A stretch of 32,000 bases of DNA from Thermococcus kodakarensis KOD1 (GCF_000009965.1 NC_006624.1:1770001-1802000); one strand, 5' to 3'. Numbered from the stretch's first letter, positions 19,078 through 27,251 are shown. The notes: generated by a model not told the origin, from the letters alone. Program-made: numbers and translations.

Positions 19078-20061
19078 GTGGCTTCTTGGGTTTCGTGGAA
19101 GAAAATTCTTTCCATGCTCTTCGGGTTTTTGATTTTGGGATTGGCGTTCAGCGGTGCGAGTGCAACGGCGAACCTCGTCAACAGCACAGTGAACGGCACC
19201 GTAACGGTTCCGTCAGAGTTAACTCCTGAGAAGAAACCCGGAGACGAGGTACGGCCGCAGTTTGGAGGGGCTACAGTTGTTGTGGAGCCCTTCATAGAGG
19301 CTTTTGTCCCCGGTGTAGGATGGGTAGTGGCGGTTGGAAGCCTCGTGGCGTTAATTGCCAAATACTTGTACTCAAAGCCTGTCAGCGAGTTCACTGAGGG
19401 GTTTGTAAGTGAAATTCCAGATAGGATTACTTACAATGGGCAGGAGCTCGCAAAGGGCGTTAAGACTAACTTCTGGGGAACGGAAGTAGAGATTGGCTAT
19501 GGGTACGTTAAGAAAAAATGGGGCGGTCTAAAGAAGGAAACCGTCATAGTGAAGTCGGTCATAACAATAACCAGGGATGAAGTCAAGGCTGTAGAAGACT
19601 TATTCAGCCCAAAGGAGTACGGCAAACTCTTGGCACAAGCGTACTTAAACGGCTGGGATGCCAACGATGCTAAAAAGCTTGCAGAGGATTTTGACAGGGA
19701 GTACAGGGGTTTCAGGGCACACTTCAATGGGGCAAACCTCGATTGTGGAGTATTCGAAGGAGGAGATGTTATCATTGATGCAAAAGGGGCAAAACATATT
19801 ATTTTCAACCACATCATGAAAAAGCCTGGAAAGGATCAGTTCACTCACATTTCCGCCGTGGATCTTTTAAACGAAATGGGCAAGGTTATAGAAAACCCAG
19901 ACAAAATTAAATGCGGAGACATTATCAGTGGAAAACAGAGAATAGTACTTGTTAAATATTCCCCAAAGCTGGGAAAGAAAGTGGTGGTAGTGATTGAGAG
20001 AATCAAGTGGGGGATGTACCGGATAGTTACGGCATTCCCACCATCTTCAAGGAGATATTGA
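19078..20061 (+). CDS. membrane-anchored protein of unknown function with a DUF4258/BECR-like (RelE-fold toxin-like) C-terminal module (gene A)
   Basis: 327-aa ORF with a GTG start (an alternative ATG is at 19114). It has an N-terminal signal/TM segment (KKILSMLFGFLILGLAFSGASA), a loop with NST and NGT sequons, and a second TM (FVPGVGWVVAVGSLVALIAKYLY). The C-terminus KHIIFNHIMKK…VIENPDKI…GKQRIVLVKY…KKVVVVIER…YRIVTAFPP resembles the H…/…enP..i…/…vvVv…/…ivTay pattern of DUF4258-type toxins, judged from memory. Confidence 0.6.
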   Translation: MASWVSWKKILSMLFGFLILGLAFSGASATANLVNSTVNGTVTVPSELTPEKKPGDEVRPQFGGATVVVEPFIEAFVPGVGWVVAVGSLVALIAKYLYSKPVSEFTEGFVSEIPDRITYNGQELAKGVKTNFWGTEVEIGYGYVKKKWGGLKKETVIVKSVITITRDEVKAVEDLFSPKEYGKLLAQAYLNGWDANDAKKLAEDFDREYRGFRAHFNGANLDCGVFEGGDVIIDAKGAKHIIFNHIMKKPGKDQFTHISAVDLLNEMGKVIENPDKIKCGDIISGKQRIVLVKYSPKLGKKVVVVIERIKWGMYRIVTAFPPSSRRY

Positions 20062-20068
20062 CAGGGAG

Positions 20069-20932
20069 GTGATTTCAATCTTTGCTTTTTCATTCTTCCT
20101 ACAGGAGGGAGATAGGGGATTTCCAGTGCTGGTGCTCGAAGAGGGGCCAGTTTTCATCAGTGAAGACCCAGTGACGCTGGATGAATTCATAAGCTCCCTA
20201 AAGGCACTCCACTCGATGGATGCTCTCCCGAAAAAGCTCTGGGACCTCAAGATAATGGCTGAGGGTGGATGGGTTCACCTGACCCTTCGGGATGGTGGGG
20301 AAGTACAGCTCACCCGTGACAACTTCATCGAGGCAATCCGAACTTCCATCCAGAACCTGAAAGCGGTTCTCAATAATAAACCCGTGAGGATGGGGTGGCT
20401 CAGGTTCAAACTAAAGCCGCCTTCGCATGAAGTTCTTGAGATGTTCGGTGAACCTGAGGATATCATGGACGAGTACGAAGTTCAAGTTTACGGGAGCACG
20501 TACGTACTGGAGGCGTTTGTTAATCTCGAAGGGTACGTTGAGGAGCTTAAACTTCTCAAGGCGTTTGTGGCGGATGGCAAACTGCCTGCGGAGGAGTGGC
20601 GGGTAAAGTGGAACGTTGATGGTGAAATCAAGAGGCTGTCTTCCAAAGGGGCAAAAAAGCCGGAGGATAGGGGCCTTCTCCGCGAACTGGCGGGCCTTAA
20701 AAAGCTCTCAGCAGGAGCAGCTCCTCCTTTCGTTCGCTTTACCCTTTCAACCTATGACCCCTTTGAAGTTCTCTACGCGGCAGACTCTGGAAAGGGAGAA
20801 TTTTTGCTGGCATTCGTCCTGTATTCTGGCATGGCCGTCAAAGTCCCAAAGAACGTCTTCCTGAGGGCCATCGATGAGGCCATCAAAGATGCAGAAAAGG
20901 AACTTAAAAGGGTAAAGCTATCTGGGAGGTGA
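20069..20932 (+). CDS. hypothetical soluble protein (gene B)
   Basis: 287-aa ORF beginning 7 nt after the gene A stop, with its GTG inside GGGAGGTGA. An alternative GTG lies about 60 nt downstream. No recognisable family. Confidence 0.55.
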   Translation: MISIFAFSFFLQEGDRGFPVLVLEEGPVFISEDPVTLDEFISSLKALHSMDALPKKLWDLKIMAEGGWVHLTLRDGGEVQLTRDNFIEAIRTSIQNLKAVLNNKPVRMGWLRFKLKPPSHEVLEMFGEPEDIMDEYEVQVYGSTYVLEAFVNLEGYVEELKLLKAFVADGKLPAEEWRVKWNVDGEIKRLSSKGAKKPEDRGLLRELAGLKKLSAGAAPPFVRFTLSTYDPFEVLYAADSGKGEFLLAFVLYSGMAVKVPKNVFLRAIDEAIKDAEKELKRVKLSGR

Positions 20933-20936
20933 GCTC

Positions 20937-21323
20937 ATGTCTTTCCCCTTTATCTTCTTTGGCTTCGAGGAGGCTCTCAGGGGCGAGGTGCCTGCGGATG
21001 CTCTAACCATTGCCATCAAACACGGGATGAAAACAGAAATTGGCATAATTGCCAGGAAGGGTTCTGAGAGAGTGGTGATAGGGTGCAAGAGAAACGCACA
21101 TAAAATAAGCGGGAACAGCTTGCAAAGTACGCTGAGTACGCCATCAATAAGGGAATCAGAAAAGATTGAGGTGTACTATGCTGGAGGCATTGAGAACATA
21201 AGGGGCTACTATTACTACACCCAGTACCTGCCAAAGGAGATAAAGTCCAGGTTTGGTGTGGACGTTGAAGTGCGTTACCTAGCTTCAGAATTCGACCGAA
21301 CCTGTTTCTTTATTTTTCATTAA
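20937..21323 (+). CDS. hypothetical protein (gene C)
   Basis: 128-aa ORF whose ATG lies 5 nt after GGGAGGTGA and 4 nt after the gene B stop. No recognisable family. Confidence 0.55.
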   Translation: MSFPFIFFGFEEALRGEVPADALTIAIKHGMKTEIGIIARKGSERVVIGCKRNAHKISGNSLQSTLSTPSIRESEKIEVYYAGGIENIRGYYYYTQYLPKEIKSRFGVDVEVRYLASEFDRTCFFIFH

Positions 21324-21347
21324 TGAATGAACCATGGGGGGAGTGGT

Positions 21348-22133
21348 ATGGGAACCACGTATTATGTTGTCGCCGTGTTTGATAGGCCTTGGGGAGAAGT
21401 GCTTGAGAAGCTCTCGCGCGAGTTCAAGTACACTCGCGAACTCGCGTACCAGCGGGAAAGACGAGAAGAGCACCTGAAGTTCATCTTTGATATGAGGGGA
21501 TTTAGGCTGGTTGCAGTGGGAGAACTGCACTACGAGCTGAAAACCACCGAGGAAGATTCCTTTGACTGGCTTGAGGTCGAAACGTACTCAAAGGAGAACA
21601 TGACGCTCCTCCAGATTGGAGTCTCCACCGGCAGGTGGCTGTTCGTCCTAAGCCCCGAACTTATGAAGTTTCTCGGAAAGCTGATGAGGGTTGGGGCGGT
21701 CCTCATCTGTGGTTACACAGACGACCACGACCTCAGAGATGCAGGCTTTGAAGAAAACAACCAGTTCCTTTTCTACGAATGGTTGGTTGAGACTGTGAAA
21801 AGAAAAAAGCTTGAAATCGTTCCTTCGGACGTTACCATAGTGAAGAAAGAACTCTTAGACTTGGAGGACGGTCTCTACGAGCTGATTGAAAGACCTGGAA
21901 GGGAGGATGAAGAGTATGTCCTAATCAAGAGATTGGATAGTTATAAAATACTTGTTTCAGTAAGAGAAAGCGATTTAACCGATGAAGAGAGCTACCGAGA
22001 GCTAATTGAAGACAAAACATGGTTCAGCTCTCATATAATTGTGGTGGTCTTTAGGCGAATTGGAAAAAAGGTCGAGAACGAGCTTCTCATTAAGAGGGTA
22101 GAAGAATACTTCAAAGCGCAAACAGAAGAGTGA
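21348..22133 (+). CDS. hypothetical acidic protein (gene D)
   Basis: The ORF is open from 21327, but the ATG at 21348 follows GGGGGGAG and is preferred (261 aa). The gene is AT-rich. No recognisable family. Confidence 0.55.
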   Translation: MGTTYYVVAVFDRPWGEVLEKLSREFKYTRELAYQRERREEHLKFIFDMRGFRLVAVGELHYELKTTEEDSFDWLEVETYSKENMTLLQIGVSTGRWLFVLSPELMKFLGKLMRVGAVLICGYTDDHDLRDAGFEENNQFLFYEWLVETVKRKKLEIVPSDVTIVKKELLDLEDGLYELIERPGREDEEYVLIKRLDSYKILVSVRESDLTDEESYRELIEDKTWFSSHIIVVVFRRIGKKVENELLIKRVEEYFKAQTEE

Positions 22134-22155
22134 CAGCGCTTGAAACTTTTCTGAA

Positions 22156-22692
22156 ATGTCAGCATCAGGCAATCCGATGAAAAATCTCCCTCCTTTTCCC
22201 ACACCGGAAGCCTCTGAAGTAATAGCCGAGAGCTACAGCGCCATAGACCAGCTCCTCTACTCCGGTGACGTCCCCGAGCTTGGGAAAAATGTCCTAGTGA
22301 ACTTCGGCAACGCGCACAGCATAACCCTCGTCGGGACAGCTTTCCTCGTGCTCGCGGCGGCCCTTGAAAAGAGGAGGAAAACAATGGTGGGCCTTAACGA
22401 CGCGGCCGTGTTAAGCTACACCTCTGCAGGCGGCGCTGGGCTCCCACTGCTCACAAAACCGATGCTGAGAAGAGTAACCGTGGTTGCAAGCGAGTACGCC
22501 CTCGATTCGCTCCTCAACCTGGCCGGTCCCGTTTTGCTCCTCTACCACGACCCCGACGTCCAGAGCTTCGTTTACGAGACCAGCGGCGTACCGCCGGGGC
22601 CGAGCAGGAAGCACGTCCACAAGGGGGAGGGGGCCTTCATCTACCGCACCCCTGAAACGGTAAACGTGGAGTGGGGCAGGATGCCCCTTTAA
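22156..22692 (+). CDS. hypothetical protein (gene E), genome-typical GC
   Basis: 178-aa ORF (an alternative ATG is at 22177). Its stop overlaps the csd stop in a TTAA. No family recognised. Confidence 0.5.
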   Translation: MSASGNPMKNLPPFPTPEASEVIAESYSAIDQLLYSGDVPELGKNVLVNFGNAHSITLVGTAFLVLAAALEKRRKTMVGLNDAAVLSYTSAGGAGLPLLTKPMLRRVTVVASEYALDSLLNLAGPVLLLYHDPDVQSFVYETSGVPPGPSRKHVHKGEGAFIYRTPETVNVEWGRMPL

Positions 22693-23888
22693 CCTCTCAA
22701 ACCTCTTATCAGATTCTCCATAACGCTCAGAAACGTCTCGACCTCCTCAACGCTGTTGTAGACGTGGAATGAAGCCCTAACAGTTCCCTCCACTCCGAGC
22801 TTCTTCATCGCGGGCAGGGCGCAGTGGTGACCGGAGCGAACCATGATGTTGTGCTCGTCGAGTATAGCGGCAACGTCGTGAGGATGTAGCGGCGGGACGT
22901 TGAAACTGACGACGCCAGCGTGCTTTTTCAGGTTCCGCGGCCCGTACCATGGAACCTCAAGCTCGTCAAGGCCTTCTGTTGTGCGCTTCACCAGCTTGTG
23001 CTCCTGTTTTTCGATCTTCTCTATTCCAATCCTCTCGATGTAGCGGATCCCAGCGGCGAGGCCTATGGCCCCTCCAATGTTCGGCGTTCCCGCCTCAAAG
23101 CGCTCCGGCGGCTCTGCCAGCTTGTAAGAGTCAAGGTCAACGTCCTCGATTGTTCCCCCTCCTATGAGTGGCGGCTCGAAGACGTCGAAGAACTCGCTGT
23201 TGATGTAGAGGACACCAATCCCAGTCGGTCCCATCGGTCCCTTGTGGCCAGAAAAGCCCAGAAAGTCAGCGTAGAGCTTTTTCACATCAACCTCCATATG
23301 GCCAGCACTCTGGGCCGCATCAACAACGAATATCGCGCCCTCCTCCTTCGCCATCTTTCCAAGCTCCTCGACCTCGTGGATTACTCCAAGGGCGTTCGAG
23401 ACATGCTGAACTGCCACGAGCTTCGCTCCCTTGATCTTCTTCTCGGCATCGGCGAGGTCGAGGTTCCCCTCCAGGTCGCCCTCTATGAACTCCAGCCTGA
23501 GGCCCTTCTTCTTCGCGAGCCTCTGCCAGGGGAGTAGGTCTGAGTGGTGCTCGTACGGTGTGGTCACTATCTTGTCTCCCTTCTCAAAGATGTGCTCCAG
23601 CCCGAGGGCGACGAGGTTGAGGCTCTCGCTCGTGTTCTTGGTGAAGACTATCTCCTCGAACTTCGCGTTGATGAAGTCCGCCACGACCTTTCTGCTCTCC
23701 TCGTACTTGTGAGTCGCTATCTGCGAGAGCCTGTGGACGCCCCTGTGGACGTTGGCGCGGTACTTCAGGTAGTACTCATCCATTGCCTCGATGACTGGCT
23801 TTGGTGTGAGTGATGTGGCGGTGTTGTCAAAGTAAATGACCTCGCTCGTGAGCGGTATGTCCTTTCTAATATCGTCCGGTATCTTCAT
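22689..23888 (-). CDS. csd: cysteine desulfurase (class V aminotransferase, SufS/Csd type)
   Basis: 399 aa with the PLP-lysine motif SGHKGPMGPTGIGVLY and the catalytic-cysteine loop RSGHHCA. Confidence 0.9.
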   Translation of the reverse strand: MKIPDDIRKDIPLTSEVIYFDNTATSLTPKPVIEAMDEYYLKYRANVHRGVHRLSQIATHKYEESRKVVADFINAKFEEIVFTKNTSESLNLVALGLEHIFEKGDKIVTTPYEHHSDLLPWQRLAKKKGLRLEFIEGDLEGNLDLADAEKKIKGAKLVAVQHVSNALGVIHEVEELGKMAKEEGAIFVVDAAQSAGHMEVDVKKLYADFLGFSGHKGPMGPTGIGVLYINSEFFDVFEPPLIGGGTIEDVDLDSYKLAEPPERFEAGTPNIGGAIGLAAGIRYIERIGIEKIEKQEHKLVKRTTEGLDELEVPWYGPRNLKKHAGVVSFNVPPLHPHDVAAILDEHNIMVRSGHHCALPAMKKLGVEGTVRASFHVYNSVEEVETFLSVMENLIRGLRG

Positions 23889-24187
23889 GCGACCACCTCC
23901 AGGATTCCCGCGCAGTCATAGATCGTCTCGGCGATCTTTCTTCCAAGCTCGGCATCATCGAGGAGCTTGACTATTATCTTCCCGCTTGGATAAACACTGA
24001 CTTCATAGCCCTCCATTTCGAGAATGAGCATCATTCCTGGAAGGAGCTTCTTCACGCTGTGCCCTCTCTCGCGGAGACACTGGGCTGTCTTTGTGAGGTC
24101 TATCTTTATCGGCTTCTCCCAGGAGTAGCCCGAGATCACGATCCCCTTCATCGTAGTGCATGGTTTGGCGATTATCACTCCCACCAC
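23885..24187 (-). CDS. small alpha/beta protein translationally coupled to csd, unknown function
   Basis: 88-100 aa depending on the start (GTG 24187 or ATG 24151). Its stop overlaps the csd ATG (ATGA). Confidence 0.6.
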   Translation of the reverse strand: MVGVIIAKPCTTMKGIVISGYSWEKPIKIDLTKTAQCLRERGHSVKKLLPGMMLILEMEGYEVSVYPSGKIIVKLLDDAELGRKIAETIYDCAGILEVVA

Positions 24188-24327
24188 CGAAGTGGATGTT
24201 GGATTTTGGGCTTATACGGATTTCCTGAACCCAAGGTTAAGGACAGAAATGTGAAATGGGAGAGTATTTTAATTTGGGCTCTTAACGTTTCGACAAGCTT
24301 ATAAAGGCCCAGTCGAGCTGGAGGTTG

Positions 24328-25488
24328 ATGAGGACTTATCTGTCTTTCAGCCGCGACGCCTATCTGGTGGTCATCTACTCCTTCTTCGGCTGGTTAGGGG
24401 GCAATATAGCCTGGTTCATAGTCCCGTTCTACTTCAAGTCCCTCGGAATGGACTATTCGAGTATGGGCGTGCTTTTCTCACTCTCAACTATAGCCCAGGC
24501 CGCTCTGCTTCTCTTCACAGGGCCCCTTGCGGTAAAAATTGGGTATAAAAGAAGTATAATCCTAGCACTCATATTTTTCATGTCTGGAAGGCTGGTGCAG
24601 GTCTTTCTGCCCGAGTTTCACTTCCTGGCCATAGCTTCAGTACTCCTAGGGATTGGCATGGCACTAGAGGGGCCTGCTTTGATGTCCCTCCTCAGCGAGG
24701 AGGCGAGCGATGAGAACAGACACTACCTCTTTTCCATGAACTCCGCCATGGGAACTTTTGGTGCAGCCTTTGGGACTCTACTTGGGGGTTTTCTCCCCGG
24801 GGTTCTGGACGGGAAGAACCCGTACAGGGATACGCTTGTGGTCTCAATAGTCTTTGTTCTTATTCAGCTGGTTGTTATTTCCCTAGTGCACCCAATACTT
24901 GACAGAAAGGGTCGGGAGATAAAATTTGAGCGCGAGACCGTGGTAAAAATCCTCAAGTTCTCCCTTCCCAGCGCCCTTATCGGTCTAGGGGCTGGAGTGA
25001 CTATTCCATACATGGGCCTGTGGTTCAACAGGAAGTTCGGCACTAGCTTGGAAAGCATAGGCGGCCTCTTCGCGATCCAGCAGTTCATAATGGGCCTCGG
25101 CACCTTTCTCCTTCCGGCTTTGGCTGATAGGGCCGGGAGCGTTAGGACGATAGTTGCATTCAACGGCAGTGCCACGCTTCTCATCGCTGGAATGCCGTTC
25201 CTGCCGAGTTTTCCGCTCGCCGCACTCGTCTACATCATCAGGACGATCCTGATGAACATCGTGAACCCTATATGGGACGCGTTCATGATGCGCTTCTTCT
25301 CAACGGAGGAGCGCTCGACGGCTTTAGCACTCAGAAACCTTTCGTGGACGGCAACCTTCGGGATGGGTCAGTACATTGGAGGGGTGATATTCGACCGCTC
25401 CCTCACGATGCCTTTCCTGATAACGGGCTTCCTGTACGGGGCTTCAATGGCGACCTTCTGGGCCCTCTTCTCAAAGGAAGAAGAGTAG
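24328..25488 (+). CDS. MFS transporter
   Basis: About 386 aa with roughly 12 hydrophobic spans and an MFS loop motif LLPALADRAGSVRT. Confidence 0.8.
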   Translation: MRTYLSFSRDAYLVVIYSFFGWLGGNIAWFIVPFYFKSLGMDYSSMGVLFSLSTIAQAALLLFTGPLAVKIGYKRSIILALIFFMSGRLVQVFLPEFHFLAIASVLLGIGMALEGPALMSLLSEEASDENRHYLFSMNSAMGTFGAAFGTLLGGFLPGVLDGKNPYRDTLVVSIVFVLIQLVVISLVHPILDRKGREIKFERETVVKILKFSLPSALIGLGAGVTIPYMGLWFNRKFGTSLESIGGLFAIQQFIMGLGTFLLPALADRAGSVRTIVAFNGSATLLIAGMPFLPSFPLAALVYIIRTILMNIVNPIWDAFMMRFFSTEERSTALALRNLSWTATFGMGQYIGGVIFDRSLTMPFLITGFLYGASMATFWALFSKEEE

Positions 25489-25492
25489 AAAA

Positions 25493-26509
25493 TCAGCATA
25501 TCCTCGGAACGGGGTCTCCCTCGGGAGGCTCCATGAACCTCTTTCCACCTATTCCCGTTTCGAGGAGAACCTTGCCACGGTAGTCAGCTATTACCTCACC
25601 GATTATCGCCGCGTTCCTGCCCTTCTCCGTTTTTCTCATTGCCTCAAGGGCCTCTTCCGCGTACTCCCTCGCGACTACCATGACCACTTTACCCTCGTTT
25701 GCGACGTCGTAAGGGCTTATTCCCAGCATCTCGCTGGCAGCCCTAACCTCTGGCCTTATCGGGATGTCAGCTTCCCTCACGAGGATTCCAACGTTGCTCT
25801 TGCGAGCGATCTCGTTGAGGGCGTTGCTCAGTCCGGCCCTCGTCGGGTCTTTCATCGCGTGGATGTTCTCCCAGCCGATTGTCTCGGCGACAGCTTTGAC
25901 AACGTCCCATATCGGTGCGACGTCGCTCTTGAGCTCGGTCTCGAAGGCTATACCTTCCCTGTGGCTCATCAGGGCTATGCCGTGGTCGCCTATAGTCCCG
26001 CTGACAAGCACGGCGTCGCCGACCTTTGCCCCGGCGTCGCTTACCGGGTGCTCCGCTATTCCTATTCCAGCGGTTATGACGAACATCTCTATTTTGTCCT
26101 CGACGACCTTGGTGTCGCCCGTGACTATTGGAACGGGGACTTCCCTTGCCGTCTCGTCCATGGACTTGAGAACCCTCTTCAAGACTTCCATATCAAGGCC
26201 TTCGCCGATTATCATCGAGTTTGCAAGTGCTATCGGTTCAGCACCCATAACGGCCAGATCGTTCACGGTTCCACTGACCGCTAAGCGGCCTATGTCTCCT
26301 CCAGGGAAGAAGAGGGGCTTTACCGTGTGTCCATCTATCGTGAAGACGATGTGCTTGTCTCCAAAGGGTATTGTGGCACCATCGTCGAGTGCATCCAACC
26401 CTATGCCTCCGGCGGATTTCAGCGTCAGGGTTTTTAGGATAACGTCCCTCAAAAGCTCCTCCATTATTTCTCCACCGGCTCCGTGTTCGAGCTTTATCTT
26501 TTCACCCAT
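25493..26509 (-). CDS. hypE: [NiFe]-hydrogenase maturation protein HypE
   Basis: PurM-like fold pattern (LEHGAGG…, TGDTKVV) and the diagnostic C-terminal PRIC. ATG 26509 after GGGTGAT gives 338 aa. Confidence 0.92.
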   Translation of the reverse strand: MGEKIKLEHGAGGEIMEELLRDVILKTLTLKSAGGIGLDALDDGATIPFGDKHIVFTIDGHTVKPLFFPGGDIGRLAVSGTVNDLAVMGAEPIALANSMIIGEGLDMEVLKRVLKSMDETAREVPVPIVTGDTKVVEDKIEMFVITAGIGIAEHPVSDAGAKVGDAVLVSGTIGDHGIALMSHREGIAFETELKSDVAPIWDVVKAVAETIGWENIHAMKDPTRAGLSNALNEIARKSNVGILVREADIPIRPEVRAASEMLGISPYDVANEGKVVMVVAREYAEEALEAMRKTEKGRNAAIIGEVIADYRGKVLLETGIGGKRFMEPPEGDPVPRIC

Positions 26510-26598
26510 TTTAATCACCCAGCAGACCTTTTTCCTTCAGGTATGAGCGTGTGAAGTCCAAAAACTCCTCGCCTTGCGTATTATGGCAGGGTAATTGA

Positions 26599-26925
26599 TC
26601 ATACTTTTATGCCCTCCCGCATCACGTTGAGGATCAGTGGGTCCGAGCTCATGTCCGGTTTCTCGATGTAGGGTATGAGCGATATCGCCACTCCTTTTTC
26701 GATGGCATACTTATTGGTCGCCTCTGCCATTCTGTCGAGCTCCTCAAGCGTCGGCCACCGCTTCACAACGACGAGTACATCCACGTCGCTCCACTCTTCA
26801 GCCTCTCCCCTCGCGTAGGAGCCGAAGAGGATGATCTCGACTAGGTTCTCTCCGAGGATTTCTTGGAGCCTTGCCTTCACGTCCCGCAGAATTTTGAGGA
26901 GCTCTTCTTTTGGAATAACGGGCAT
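26599..26925 (-). CDS. minimal nucleotidyltransferase (MNT-type, Pol-beta superfamily)
   Basis: 108 aa with the signature LFGSYARGEAEEWSDVDVLVVV (GS…RG…SD.D). Its ATG overlaps the PIN stop (TAATG). Confidence 0.8.
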   Translation of the reverse strand: MPVIPKEELLKILRDVKARLQEILGENLVEIILFGSYARGEAEEWSDVDVLVVVKRWPTLEELDRMAEATNKYAIEKGVAISLIPYIEKPDMSSDPLILNVMREGIKV

Positions 26926-27251
26926 TATACGACCTCCACATCCAGTTCCGAGACCTCTCTGATGTCTTTGAAGTCAGAATCGTGGGTTATGAGTTTTTCA
27001 CCATTGGTTATGCATATTGCCGCAATCATAATGTCCGCAAACTGTTTTGGTCTTCCAATTTTTCTGAGCCTTCTTTGAAGTTCTACAGCCGTTGCAATAC
27101 TTCTTCGGGTTATCAGAAGTACCTCTCCATGAAATTTCCGATAGGTTATGACAGGGGGATATTCAACCACGGTAACCTCTGTGATGTTCTCTCTTATTTC
27201 CTCTCCCGCCTTAACTCGTCTTATGACTATGTTTGTGTCAATAACTACCAT
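26925..27251 (-). CDS. PIN-domain protein (VapC-like ribonuclease)
   Basis: 108 aa, with MVVIDTNIV (first acidic residue), …FADIMIAAI… and ITHDSDF (C-terminal acidic residues). Confidence 0.75.
   Translation of the reverse strand: MVVIDTNIVIRRVKAGEEIRENITEVTVVEYPPVITYRKFHGEVLLITRRSIATAVELQRRLRKIGRPKQFADIMIAAICITNGEKLITHDSDFKDIREVSELDVEVV

Noticed and set aside
19041-22150. The cassette as an integrated virus or plasmid element
   Set aside because: There is no integrase, no flanking direct repeats (only trivial TTTTC matches at the borders) and no adjacent tRNA. The region is too small and lacks any virion or replication gene signatures.
22920-23537. 205-aa plus-strand ORF; also 25764-26546 (+), 3055-3954 (+) and 652-1443 (-)
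   Set aside because: They are antisense to csd, hypE, PGDH and malic enzyme, all of which have clear catalytic motifs on the opposite strand.
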